Part shown: one piece after another, positions 1 through 14,931 of the stretch
Layout: each line of letters opens with the position of its first letter
How positions within the stretch are numbered: position 1 is the stretch's first letter
NCBI GenBank assembly: GCA_963843845.1
Contig: CAWJMB010000002.1
Coordinates: 2,624,001 to 2,688,000 of the forward strand
Length of the DNA: 64,000 nucleotides
Direction of reading: 5' to 3'
Origin: an uncultured Gemmatimonadaceae bacterium
GTDB taxonomy: Bacteria > Gemmatimonadota > Gemmatimonadetes > Gemmatimonadales > Gemmatimonadaceae
Program-made: the position numbers and the translations under genes
The notes under the pieces: model-generated
Databases searched by the model: none
Told to the model about the DNA's origin: nothing
The model's input: only the letters and a program-made list of their open reading frames with translations

Positions 1-807
1 GGGATCACCGTCGACGCCGCCCAGTCCTCACTCGAAGGCGACCTGGGTACGCAGATCGTCTACGACCTGCACCTTCGCCGCGCCCGGCCGAGTGCCGCAC
101 CACTACGACTCGACGTGCGCGAGCTCCCGGCGGAGATCGCCTTCGAGTTTCGTGAGGCCGTCGGCGGAAAGCGACTGCGCCAGCTGCGCTTCGCCGACGG
201 CGCCACGGCCGGAGGCGTCCAGCTCGTGCTGTCGCTCCCCGACCGTCCATCGAACGCCGTGCCGGTCGAGCGGGCGCTCGCGTTCTCGGTCGTTGCCGAG
301 GACGCGAGCGACGGTCCGATCGCGCATACGTCCGCGACGAGTCGCGGTGTGGCCCGACTCGAGCTCGTCCCGCGCGGCGTCGCGCGACTCGAGATGCGTC
401 CGGCGACGCTCACCCTCACTACCGCACTCGGCCGGTCGAGCGTCCTGCCGGTCACGATTCGCAATGCAGGGTCGGGCCGCGTCGAGGACGTGCGGCTTCG
501 CGTCGAGCCGCCGTCGCGCTGGCACATCACGTCGGCGCCGGGCGTGGTGCCACGACTCGCGCCTGGCGAGGAGGCGCGCGTCGAGTTGCGCGTGCAGGCT
601 CCGCCAGACGCCACCGTCGGCGACTACGAGCTCCGGCTCGGGATAGACGACGCCGGCTCCGCGCGCCGGGTCGAGGTCGACGACAAGCTCGTGCGCCTAC
701 ACGTCGTCGGGCGCGGCGGGTGGCTCACTCCGGTGTTGCTGGCCCTCGCCGCCGCGGGGCTCACGATCGCGCTGTTCACGCACGGGCGGCGGTGGATCAA
801 CCGATGA
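1..807 (+). CDS. Membrane-anchored protein with NEW3/Ig-like (NPCBM-associated) domains, 5'-truncated by window edge
   Basis: Frame 1 is open from base 1 to TGA at 807. Contains 'LPVTIRNAGS...VRLRVEPPSRW...LAPGEEARVELRVQAPPDATVGDY', typical of NEW3, plus a C-terminal TM helix and basic tail. Confidence 0.65.
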   Translation, partial: GITVDAAQSSLEGDLGTQIVYDLHLRRARPSAAPLRLDVRELPAEIAFEFREAVGGKRLRQLRFADGATAGGVQLVLSLPDRPSNAVPVERALAFSVVAEDASDGPIAHTSATSRGVARLELVPRGVARLEMRPATLTLTTALGRSSVLPVTIRNAGSGRVEDVRLRVEPPSRWHITSAPGVVPRLAPGEEARVELRVQAPPDATVGDYELRLGIDDAGSARRVEVDDKLVRLHVVGRGGWLTPVLLALAAAGLTIALFTHGRRWINR

Positions 808-836
808 TCCGCAGATCGCCAGGGCCACCCGCTCGG

Positions 837-1805
837 TCACCCCATGCCGAACTCGCGCGAGAACGCGACCGCGAACTGGAACGTCTTCGCGCGGCTCCGC
901 GTCTCCATCGCATCCGCGATGCGCGCGAGCCGCTGCGGAATGCCGAGGATCGTCTCCTGGGCGCGCTTCCCGACCTCGTCGAGCCCCACGAGGGCGTCGA
1001 TCGTCCAGAATCGAATCTGCTCCTCGACGATCCTGAGGTAGTCACGGGGACCGTAGATCCCGGCGCGCCGGATGACGTCCGCCATCTCGCGGAAGTGCGG
1101 CATCGTGACGCCGGGCATGTCGATCGATGGCATGATCGCGACTGCCGACGCCAGCGCACGGTTCGGATCGCGCGCGAGGACTTCCTTGAAGATCGTGCGA
1201 TAGAACACGTAGTGCCGCGCCTCTTCCTTCGCGACGTTCGCGAGTACCTCGCCGATGATCGGCTCGTACTCGCTCGCGAGTTCCCCGGTGTTCGCGTGAC
1301 TCACCTGCGTCGCGCGCTCCTGGAGCGTCGTGTAGACGAAGACGCGGTACGGGTCCTTGTCCCACTCCGGGTTGAACCCCGCTCGCAGATACTCGAACTG
1401 CATCCGCTCGAGCACGGGATTGTCGAGGATCCGGCTGTCGCGCGCGTAGTCGTGCAGCACCGCACCGTGCCGGTCCTCTTCCGCCGTCCAGAGGTTCGTC
1501 CACTTCGACCAGAAGGTGTCGCCGCCGAGGTACGCGGCGAGCAGGCGGTGGAAGTGTGGCAGCCCCTCCTCGGTGAGCAGATTCAGCGCGAGCGCCACGC
1601 GACCCGGCAGGCTGATCCCCTCGGCGCGCTTCCGCAGCTCGCTGACGTAGCGATCGGGGTCGGTGTCCGGCGGCGGCGCGAGCAGTTCGCTCGGGAACCA
1701 GAGGATACGCTTCGACTCATGCACGACCATGAGGTCGCGCACGACCTCCTCGAGGTCGTCCAGGACTTCGACTTTCGCGAGGGTCTCGCGTTCGGGAACG
1801 ATCAT
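837..1805 (-). CDS. Soluble acyl-ACP desaturase (ferritin-like diiron, DesA1/plant stearoyl-ACP desaturase family)
   Basis: Motifs LLTEEGLP, WTAEEDRHG, YTTLQERAT and EEARH; intact 322-aa ORF. Confidence 0.9.
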   Translation of the reverse strand: MIVPERETLAKVEVLDDLEEVVRDLMVVHESKRILWFPSELLAPPPDTDPDRYVSELRKRAEGISLPGRVALALNLLTEEGLPHFHRLLAAYLGGDTFWSKWTNLWTAEEDRHGAVLHDYARDSRILDNPVLERMQFEYLRAGFNPEWDKDPYRVFVYTTLQERATQVSHANTGELASEYEPIIGEVLANVAKEEARHYVFYRTIFKEVLARDPNRALASAVAIMPSIDMPGVTMPHFREMADVIRRAGIYGPRDYLRIVEEQIRFWTIDALVGLDEVGKRAQETILGIPQRLARIADAMETRSRAKTFQFAVAFSREFGMG

Positions 1806-1913
1806 CAGCGGCGTTCGGGAGTCACGGGAAAGCGACGGGGCAGCCGACAGAGAGCTAACGCCCCGTCGACCGCCCCGACACCCGTGACTTACCGAACGCT
1901 GTGCTTGTGCGGC

Positions 1914-3740
<1,827 letters not shown>

Positions 3741-3776
3741 GAGCGTTACGGGATGGCAGGAAGTGAGATCGAGACG

Positions 3777-5162
3777 TCAGACGAGCGCGACGAGGGCGTT
3801 CAGCGGTTCGCGCGACTGCGCGACGAGCGACAGCGCCATCTCGCGCGTCGGCGCCTCGGCGATCACGCGGACGATCGGCTCCGTGCCGCTCGGCCGGACG
3901 TGCACCCAGCGATCGGGCCACGACAGGCGCAGCCCGTCTTGCGTGTCGGCCGACGCGTCGGGGAACGCGGCGAGGAGCGCCGCATAGACGGAGTCGAGCG
4001 GCACCGGCGGCCGATCCAACTTGTCCTTGACGATTACGTAGCGCGGATGGTCAGCGACGATCGTCGAGAGCGCCCGACCGTCTTCGAGCAACAGCTGCAG
4101 CATGAGCGCGGCGCCGAGCGGCGCGTCGCGTCCCAGGTGCAGCTCGGGGAGGATGACGCCGCCGTTTCCCTCCCCGCCGATCACCGCACCCGTCTCGCGC
4201 ATCTTCACGGCGACGTTCACCTCGCCGACCGCGGCGAGCAGGCATGGCACACCGGCCGCGGCGGCGATGTCCTCCACGACGCGACTCGTCGAGAGGTTCG
4301 TGACGACCGGGCCCCGGCGGTGCGCGAGCACGATCCGCGCGGCCAGCGCGAGCGTGTAGTCCTCACCGATCGCCTCGCCGCGCTCGGACACGAGGGCCAG
4401 CCGATCGACGTCCGGGTCGGTCGCGAACCCGATGTCGGCGCCGGTCGACCGCACGAACGCCTCCAGCTCGCCGAGATTCTCCGCGACTGGCTCAGGCGGG
4501 CGCGGGAATCGACCATCCGGCTCGAGGTTGATCGCGTGCAGCGTGCAGCCGAGCCGCTCGAGCAACATCGGCATGATGACCGAGCCGGCCCCGCGCACGG
4601 CGTCGAGCGCGACCGTGAAATTCCGCGCCCGGATCATCGCCACGTCCAGGAAAGGCAGCGCGAGGATCTGCTCGACATGACGCGCCGCCGCGTCGAAATC
4701 CATGCGCACGTGGCCGAGCCGGTCCCACGTCGCGTAGCGCGTGCCCGCGTCCATCATCGCCCGCATCTCCGCCCCTTCCGACGCCTCGAGAAAGAGGCCG
4801 GTGGGGCCGATGAACTTCAGCGCGTTCCACTCGATCGGGTTGTGGCTCGCGGAGAGCATGAGCCCACCGGCGGCGTGATGGTGCTCGACGGCGAGCTGGC
4901 AGGTCGGCGTCGTCGTCAGTCCGATGTCGATGACGTCCGCGCCGACCGCTTCCAGCGCCGAGAGCGCGACGCGGTGAAAGAGCGGCCCGGACACACGGCT
5001 GTCGCGGCCGAGCACGATCGTTCGCGCCTGCTCCCCGCTGCGCCGCGCGATCGCCCACGCGCCGAACGCCGACGCGAACCGCGCGACGATCTCCGGAGAC
5101 AACGCCTCTCCAACGCGTCCGCGCACTCCGGACACGCTCACCATCAACCCGTCGTATGCCAT
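3777..5162 (-). CDS. glmM: Phosphoglucosamine mutase / phosphohexomutase
   Basis: SASHNP catalytic serine, DPDVDR metal loop, GGEGNGG, VRPSGTEP; lies directly upstream of glmS; start taken at MAYDG. Confidence 0.88.
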   Translation of the reverse strand: MAYDGLMVSVSGVRGRVGEALSPEIVARFASAFGAWAIARRSGEQARTIVLGRDSRVSGPLFHRVALSALEAVGADVIDIGLTTTPTCQLAVEHHHAAGGLMLSASHNPIEWNALKFIGPTGLFLEASEGAEMRAMMDAGTRYATWDRLGHVRMDFDAAARHVEQILALPFLDVAMIRARNFTVALDAVRGAGSVIMPMLLERLGCTLHAINLEPDGRFPRPPEPVAENLGELEAFVRSTGADIGFATDPDVDRLALVSERGEAIGEDYTLALAARIVLAHRRGPVVTNLSTSRVVEDIAAAAGVPCLLAAVGEVNVAVKMRETGAVIGGEGNGGVILPELHLGRDAPLGAALMLQLLLEDGRALSTIVADHPRYVIVKDKLDRPPVPLDSVYAALLAAFPDASADTQDGLRLSWPDRWVHVRPSGTEPIVRVIAEAPTREMALSLVAQSREPLNALVALV

Positions 5163-5307
5163 GCTCGACCCGACCGTGTGAACGAAGCGGCGCTGCGGAA
5201 ACCTTGCAAGATAGCAGTCGCCGGAGATGCCCGCCAAGCGAAATGCGCGCGCACCAACACGTTATGAGACGTCGGCGCGTGCGCCGCGTCACAACCGCGT
5301 CAGTCGG

Positions 5308-7624
<2,317 letters not shown>

Positions 7625-7628
<4 letters not shown>

Positions 7629-9019
7629 AGGTTCTGATCGTCGGCGGCGGCGGGCGGGAGCACGCGCTCGCCTGGAAGCTCAAGCGCGAGACGCCGGACG
7701 TCGAGATCGTCGCCGCGCCCGGAAATCCCGGGCATCGCCGCAGCTCGGCCGCTGCGTCGCCGATCGCGCCGACGGACGTCGACGCGCTCGATCGCCCTCG
7801 CCGAGGCCGAGCGCCCGACGTTCACGCTCGTCGGGCCCGAGGCGCCGCTCGCGCTCGGGCATCGTCGACCGGTTCCGGGCGCGCGGCCTGCCCATCTTCG
7901 GTCCCACGCAGCGCCGCGGCGCAGCTCGAGACGTCGAAGGCGTTCGCGAAGCGCTGATGCTCGACGCCGGCGTGCCGACGGCGACGCGCCACGCGCCACA
8001 CCGACCCGGCCGATGCGAAGCGTGCAGCGCACGCGTTCGGCGTCGCCGGTCGTCATCAAGGCGTCGGGGCTCGCCGCCGGCAAGGGCGTCGATCGTCGCG
8101 CAGACGCTACGGCGAGGCCGAGCGGGCGATCGACGACATGCTCGTCGAGGCACGTCTACGGCGACGCCGGCGCCGAGGTGCTCGTCGAGGAGTTCATGGA
8201 GGGTGAGGAGCTGTCGTGCTTCTACCTGACCGACGGCCACGCCGCGCTCCCGCTCCTCGCCGCGCAGGACCACAAGCGGCTGCTCGACGGCGACGTCGGG
8301 CCGAACACCGGCGGCATGGGCGCCTACGCGCCGGTCACGCCACCTCGGCCGGCCGGCGAGCCGCTCGAGGCGATGCCGCGCCCGAGCGCTGGAGGTGATG
8401 GGCGCGATCGTCGAGCCCGACGCTCGCCGCGATGCGCGACGCCGGCGCGCCGTTCACCGGCCTGCTCTACGCGGGCTGATGCTCACCGCCGACGGCCCGA
8501 AGGTCGTCGAGTTCAACTGCCGCTTCGGCGACCCTGAGACGCAAGCGCATCCTGCCGCCGATGGCGCGAACTCGACTGCCGGCCTCGGCGCGACTGATGG
8601 CGAGCGTCGCGCGCGGCGAACGCCTCCCGCGAGGCGAACGCCTGCGCTCCGGATCGTGCGGGTGCGTCGATCCGTGCGTCGGTCACGACCGTCGTCGCCG
8701 CCGCCGGCTACCCCGACGCGCCGCGCACCGGCGACGCCATCACGCTGCCGACCGAGCTTCCCGACGGCGTCACGATCTTCCACGCCGGCACCGCGCGCGA
8801 TGCCGACGGCCGGCTCGTGACCGCCGGCGGCCGCGTTCTCGCGGTCACCGCCGTCGCCGACACGTTCGAAGCGGCGCAGGCGCTGAGCCGGCGCGGTCGC
8901 CGAGCAGATCCGGTTCGCCGGAAAGCAGTTCCGCACCGACATCGGCTGGCGCGAGGCCGAGCGGAGGGCCGGTCCTGAGAAGTCGGGCGACCGAGGATGC
9001 CGGAGCTTCCGGAAACTGA
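7625..9019 (+). CDS. purD: Phosphoribosylamine-glycine ligase (frameshifted)
   Basis: [63 protein letters not shown]; end coordinate approximate. Confidence 0.92.
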
Positions 9020-9834
9020 GACGATCGCCCGCGACCTCGACGCGGAGCGTCGCGGCGCCACGCTCACCGGCGTCGGTCGTGCACCGCGGCGACGTCCTGC
9101 GCGAGATCGACGCCCGACGAGCTCGACGCCCGCATCGGCGGCGCCCGCGTCGACCGTGCGTGGCGCCGCGCGAAGCTCGTCATCCTCGACCTCTCGACCG
9201 GCGACCGGCTCGTCGTGCAGCCGCGCTTCACCGGCGCGCTGCTTGCTCGACGCCGGCCAGCTCGATGAGCGGGAGCAGCGCTTCGTGCGCGTCACGTTCC
9301 CGCTCGACCGACGGCCGCCTCCTGCACTATCGCGACATCCGCTGCCTCGGCACCGTCGCGCTCATGGCGCCGGCCCGCTTCGCCGAGTACATCGCCGCCG
9401 CTCGGCGATCGAGCCTCTTGACCCCGCCTTCACCACCGCGCATCTATCGGGCGTTGTTCGGGGCTCGCGCCAGGCCGTCAAGAAGCTGCTGCAGGATCAG
9501 CGGCGGATCGCCGGCATCGGCAACATCTACGCGAACGAGGCGCTCTGGCATGCACGGATCGACCCCGCCCGCGCGCGGCCAGCGCGCTGACCGAGTCGAG
9601 GTCGCGCGACTCCGGACCGCGATCGTCGACGTCCTGACCGAGTCGATCGCGCTCGCGCGGCACGAGCTTCCGCGACTACGTCGACGCGCGCGGCGGTCGC
9701 GGCGCGGTTCGTCGAACGGCTCGCAGGCGTACGGACGCGGCGAGTGCCCCTGCCCGCGCTGCGGCACGACGCTGGTCGAGACGCACGCGATCGACGGGCG
9801 CACGACGGTGTACTGCGCGCGCTGCCAACGCTGA
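8997..9834 (+). CDS. mutM: Formamidopyrimidine-DNA glycosylase (frameshifted)
   Basis: N-terminal MPELPE; LQDQRRIAGIGNIYANEALW; C-terminal zinc finger CPRCG...YCARCQ. Confidence 0.92.
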
Positions 9835-9843
9835 ACCGTCTCG

Positions 9844-10971
9844 ATGTACGCCGCCCACCTACGACGACGTCCAGCGTCGCCGGCCTCCGCGCGCTCGTGC
9901 GCGCGGGCGCCGAGGACCGGCCGGGCGTGTACCGCATGCTCGGGACCGACGGCGACGTGATCTACGTGGGCAAGGCCAAGCGAGTGCGGACGCGGCTGAT
10001 GAGCTACTTCCGCGGCAGCTACCCGGCCGACAAGGGCGCGCGCATCGTCCGCGAGGCCGCGACGATCGAGTGGGACTACGTGCCGAGCGAGTTCGGCGCG
10101 CTGCTGAACGAGCTGCGGCTCATCAAGAAGCTGCGCCCGCGCTTCAACGTGCAGCTGAAGACGCGACGCGCGACACTGGGTGTTCATCAAGCTCACGCGC
10201 GGGCCGGCTCCCAAGCTCCAGGTCGTTCGCGGCGGCGGGCGCGACGAGCCCGGAATCTAGTACGGACCGTATCAGGGCTACGACCGCGTCGTCGAGGCCG
10301 TGCGCGAGCTGAGCGACGCGCTCGGCCTCCGCGACTGCGCGCAGGACGTGAAGATGAGCTTCGCCGACCAGCGCGAGCTGTTTGCCGACGCGCTCGTGCA
10401 GCTCACCCGCCGCGCGCCGCGCTGCATCCGTCACGAGGTCAAGAAATGCCTCGGCCCGTGCGTCGCGGCGTGCCGGCACGACGAGTACGGCGAGCGCGTG
10501 GCACTCGCCCGCGTCGTTCCTCGACGGCGTCGACGACGGACCGCTCGACTGCAGATGCGGGCGCGGATGGAGGAGAGCGCGGAGCGGCTCGACTTCGAGC
10601 GCGCGGCGCTGCTGCGCGACAAGCTGCGCCGGCTCGAGGGGCTGCGCGAGCAGTTCGACCGGATGCGCTACGCGGTCGACACCCTCACGTTCGTGTACAC
10701 GGTCCCCGGGCACGACGGCGAGGAACGGATGTACTTCGTGCGGCGCGGGCGGGTACGCGCGGAGTGCGCCGTCCCACGATGCGCACGCGACCAGGCGGAC
10801 GTGCGTCAGCGGCTCGCCGACGTGTTCGCGGTGAGCGAGCCGCGCGGCGCCGCCGTCCCCGCACACGAAGTCGACGAGCTGCTGTTGCTGTCGAGCTGGT
10901 TCCGGCGTTTCCCCGACGAGCTGGCGCGCACCCGCAGCGCCGACGCGCTGCTCGAGCTGCAGGCCGCCTGA
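9844..10971 (+). CDS. UvrC/Cho-like GIY-YIG nuclease with UvrB/C motif (frameshifted)
   Basis: PGVYRM...VIYVGKAKRVRTRLMSYF; LIKKLRPRFN; CIRHEVKKCLGPC; LDFERAALLRD. Confidence 0.82.
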
Positions 10972-11099
10972 CGGCACCGACCCGGCAAATGGCCGCCCTC
11001 TTGCACTAGCTCCCCACGCTCGCGACAGCTTCGTGTGCGACGCTGGCGCACCGACTGCCGCTCCGCCCCCTACCGCGACGAGCTCGCAGGAGTGCACCT

Positions 11100-11339
11100 A
11101 TGGCGACCCTCTGGCAGCCCGAGCAGACGGCCTGGCAGCCGACGACGCTCGTGAAGTGTGTCAGCCTCGAGCCCTGGCTGCTCATCCCCGGCGACGACGA
11201 GCCGGGCGGCTGTCACGACCTCACGCTCGACAAGATCTACGAGCTGGTCAGCGTCGAAGCGGACGGGCGCCTGTACCGGATCATCGACGACTCGGACGAC
11301 GATTTCCTCTACCCGGCGTCGCACTTCAGCGAGGTGTGA
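11100..11339 (+). CDS. Small acidic hypothetical protein (79 aa)
   Basis: AGGAG Shine-Dalgarno 7 nt upstream of ATG; GC3-biased codons; 'LTLDKIYELVSVE...YRIIDDSDDDFLYP..F'. Confidence 0.7.
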   Translation: MATLWQPEQTAWQPTTLVKCVSLEPWLLIPGDDEPGGCHDLTLDKIYELVSVEADGRLYRIIDDSDDDFLYPASHFSEV

Positions 11340-11398
11340 CGCTCCTCGGCGCGAGGCCGTCGAACGACGAACCGTCAGGCGTGGCGCCCTCGTCGCCG

Positions 11399-11896
11399 TC
11401 AGGCCAGTTCGATGATCTCGGCGTCCGCTCTGCCGTCCGTGATCGTCAGCCGGGCCACACTCGGTTGCATGTCGAAGCGGCGCTGGCCGGCTGCGCCCGG
11501 ATTGATGACGAGTCGGTCGCCTGCCCGCACGACGAGTTGACGATGCGTGTGCCCGTAGACGATCACGTCCGCGGGGTACGCGGCCAGGAGCTGCTCGGGG
11601 CGCGGGCGTCCGAGCTCGTGGCCGTGACTGACGTGGATCGAGAGCCCGCCGATCACGACGTCGATCGCCTGCGTGAGCCGTGGCTGGCCCGGCGCGTCGG
11701 TGTTGCCGTACACGGCATCCACCGGCGCGATGAGCTCCAGCTCGGCGAGCACCCCCGCGCCGACGTCTCCCGCGTGCAGGATGCGCGACACGCCGGCGAG
11801 CGCCTCGAACACCGAGGCACGCACGAGACCGTGCGTGTCCGAGATGAGGCCGATCGTGACGACGCCGGGCGCGTCGGGCGTGGAAGCGTCAGCCAT
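11399..11896 (-). CDS. YfcE/MJ0936-type metallophosphoesterase
   Basis: ISDTHG, LHAGDVG, GNTD, SHGH, YGHTH, INPG. Confidence 0.9.
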   Translation of the reverse strand: MADASTPDAPGVVTIGLISDTHGLVRASVFEALAGVSRILHAGDVGAGVLAELELIAPVDAVYGNTDAPGQPRLTQAIDVVIGGLSIHVSHGHELGRPRPEQLLAAYPADVIVYGHTHRQLVVRAGDRLVINPGAAGQRRFDMQPSVARLTITDGRADAEIIELA

Positions 11897-12494
11897 CGGC
11901 CGGCGCCTCACCCCACCGCCGTCCGACACCGTGCTCGACGTCGAGATGATCGAGCACCCGTGCGGCGACGAAGTCGACCAACTCGCCGATGTCGCGCGGA
12001 CGGTGATAGAACCCGGGCGATGCCGGGAGCACCGTCGCGCCGGCGCGCGTGAGCCGCAGCATGTTCTCGAGGTGGATGGCGCTGAACGGCGTCTCTCGCG
12101 GCACGAGCACGAGGCGCCGCCGCTCTTTCAGCGTCACGTCCGCCGCCCGCTCGACGAGCGAGCGCGACGTGCCCTGCGCGATCGCCGCGACCGTGCCCAT
12201 CGAACACGGACAGACGACCATCCCCGCGGTGCGCGCCGACCCCGACGCGGGGCGCGCGCCGCGGTCGCGGTCGTCGAACACCGTCACGTGCGCGTCCCAC
12301 GCGTCGGCGCCGACGACCTCGCGCAGCGCTTCCATCGTCGCGATGCCGCTCTCCGTGTCGAGCAGCCGCCAGCCGTGGGCACTGACCACCAGCCACGTCG
12401 GGCGTCGCGCGCGGCGAGCGCCTGCGAGCAGTCGCACGGCGTACGGCGCGCCCGCTCGCGCCGGTGATCGCGACGACGATCGGGAGCGTCGCAT
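11889..12494 (-). CDS. ubiX: Flavin prenyltransferase UbiX (frameshifted near 5' end)
   Basis: VVAITGASG, PASGS, PCSMGT, RAADVTLKERRRLVLVPRETP, PASPGFYHRP. Confidence 0.9.
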   Translation of the reverse strand: MRRSRSSSRSPARAGAPYAVRLLAGARRARRPTWLVVSAHGWRLLDTESGIATMEALREVVGADAWDAHVTVFDDRDRGARPASGSARTAGMVVCPCSMGTVAAIAQGTSRSLVERAADVTLKERRRLVLVPRETPFSAIHLENMLRLTRAGATVLPASPGFYHRPRDIGELVDFVAARVLDHLDVEHGVGRRWGEAPADG

Positions 12495-13423
12495 GCCCGC
12501 CACGACGGCGGGCGATCGAGCGCGACAGGCGAGGAACGCGATGCTGATGATCCCGTTCATCGTGAAGAACGCCGCGTCGAGCTTCGACAGGTCGTCGGCG
12601 CGCACGAGCGAGTGCTCGTAGAGCAGCAGCGCGGCGACGACGCACACCCCGACCCCGAGCCAGACGTGGCCGCCCGGCGCGCCGTACGCCGCCGCGCCTA
12701 ACAGCAGCACGACCGCGACGTGCAGCGCCCGCGCGATCGCCGATCGCCCGCCGCGCGCCGAACGCCGCCGGCAGCGAGTGCAGCCCGCGCGCCCGGTCGA
12801 ACGTCTCGTCCTGCAGCGCGTACAGGATGTCGAACCCGCCCGACCACGCCATGACGGCGAGCGCGAGCGCGCACAGCAGCCACCACGGCTCGCTCCACCG
12901 CCCGGTGACCGCGAGGTAGCCGCCGACCGGCGCGATGCCGAGCCCGAGGCCGAGCACGAGGTGCGACCAGCGCGTGAAGCGCTTCGTGTAGCTGTAGAAG
13001 AACACCCACGCGAGCGCGACCGGCGACAGCACGAGGCAGAGCCCGTTCAACGCGCCCGCCGCCCCGATGAAGAGCAGCGACGCCATGCGCCACCGCGATC
13101 CGCGCCTCGCGCACACGCCAGCGCGCCGCTCGGCAGCTCGCGCATCGCGGTGCGCGGGTTCATCGCGTCGACGTCGCGGTCGACGATGCGGTTGAAGCCC
13201 ATCGCCGCGAACCGCGCGGCCGTGAACGCGACGACGATCCAGAGCAGCGGCGCGTGCGTCCGGCACCCGCACCCAGCTCGCCATGACGACGCCGACGAGC
13301 GCGAACGGCAGCGCGAACACGGTGTGCGGCAGCTTCACGAAGCTCGCGTAGCGCGCCGAGCCGCGACGCGCCGGCGAACGTCTGCGGCTCGGCGGGGCGC
13401 CGGACGCCAGACGGCGCGCTCAC
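12490..13423 (-). CDS. UbiA-family prenyltransferase, MqnP-like (frameshifted)
   Basis: [41 protein letters not shown] start overlaps the stop of the UbiD gene. Confidence 0.85.
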
Positions 13424-14898
13424 AGCCCGAGCTCCGGCCACATCGCGTCGACCGCCGCCTTCGTCGCGGCGTCCATCTCGATGATGGGCGGCCACGCGCG
13501 CGTGAACCCTTCCTCCGGCAGCTTCCGCGTCGCGTCGATCCCCATCTTGCTGCCGTACGTGAACGCGCGGCTCGCGTGATCGAGCACGTCCACGGGCCCC
13601 ATCGTGAAGCGCACGTCGCGCTCCGGGTCGATGTTGTTGAGCGCGGCCCACCACGCTTCCTGCGCGTTGCGCACGTTCACGTGCTTGTCGACGACGACGA
13701 GCACCTTCGCGAGCGACATCAGGCCCGGCGCCCCACAGCGCGTTCATCACCTTGTAGGCCTGCCCCGGATACTGCTTGTCGATCGACACGAACACGAGGT
13801 TGTGAAAGACCCCCTCCGCCGGCATGTGGTAGTCGACGATCTCGGGAACCGTCAGCTTGAGCAGCGGCAGGAAGATCCGCTCGGTCGCGTGGCCGAGGTA
13901 GAAGTCCTCCATCGGCGGCCGGCCGACGATCGTCGTCGCGTAGGTCGCGTCGCGGCGCATCGTCACCGCGGTGAGGTGCACCTGCGGGTAGAGGTCCGCC
14001 TCCGAGTAGAAGCCCGTGTGGTCGCCGAACGGCCCTTCGACCACGAGCGCCTCGCGCGGGTCGATGTAGCCCTCGAGCACGATCTCCGCGTCCGCCGGCA
14101 CCTCGAGGTCGCACGTCACCGCCTTCGCGAGCGGCACCGGCGACTGCGCGCAGGAATCCGGCGAAGATGAACTCGTCGACCATCGGCGGCAGCGGCGCGC
14201 TCGCCGAGTACATCGACGCCGGGTCGGCGCCGACGGCGATGCACACCGGCATCGTCTCGCCGCGCTCCGCCATCTCGCGCCAGTGCGCCGCGCCGACCTT
14301 GTGGCGCTGCCAGTGCATCGCGACGGTGCGCTTCGAGAGCTGCTGCACGCGGTACATGCCGACGTTGCGGATGCCGCGCGCCGGGTCCTTCGAGATCGAC
14401 CATCGTCAGCGTGACGTACGGCCCGCCGTCGTCCGGCCAGCAGGTGATGATCGGCAGCTGGTCGAGGTCGATCTCGTCGCCGCGCCACACGATCTCCTGG
14501 CACGGCGCGCTTCCCGCTCTTCATGCGCGGCGGGAACTTCGCCACCTCGAACAGCCGCGGCAGCATCGACAGCTTGCCCAGCATCCCTTCCGGCACCTTG
14601 AGGTCGAGCAGCTCGCGTGATGCGCTCGCCGTGCTCGTCGAGCCGGTCGACGCCGAGCGCCAGCGCCATCCGCCGCATCGAGCCGAAGAGGTTGATCGCC
14701 ACCGGAAACGGCGAGCGCGTGCCGTCGCGGAGGATCGACGTGCTCGAACAGCAGCGCCGTGCCCGCCGCCCGGCATCTTCGACACGCGGTCGGTGATCTC
14801 GCAGATCTCGAGGTGCGCCTTCACCGGCCGCGTGATCCGGTGCAGCTCGCCGACCGCGTCGATGGCCGCGATGAACTCCGGAGCGTGTCGAGGGCCAC
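13420..14898 (-). CDS. UbiD-family (MqnL-like) menaquinone biosynthesis decarboxylase (frameshifted)
   Basis: CWPDDGG, EGPFGDHTGFYS, VGRPPMED, FHNLVFVSIDKQYPGQ, LDHAS...GSKMGIDATRK. Confidence 0.9.
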
Positions 14899-14931
14899 GC
14901 CTGAGCGGATGCGGAGGCGCTCACGGCCGGC

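Noticed and set aside
3741..3776. glmS ribozyme upstream of glmS
   Set aside because: Only 36 nt separate glmM and glmS, too short for the ribozyme.
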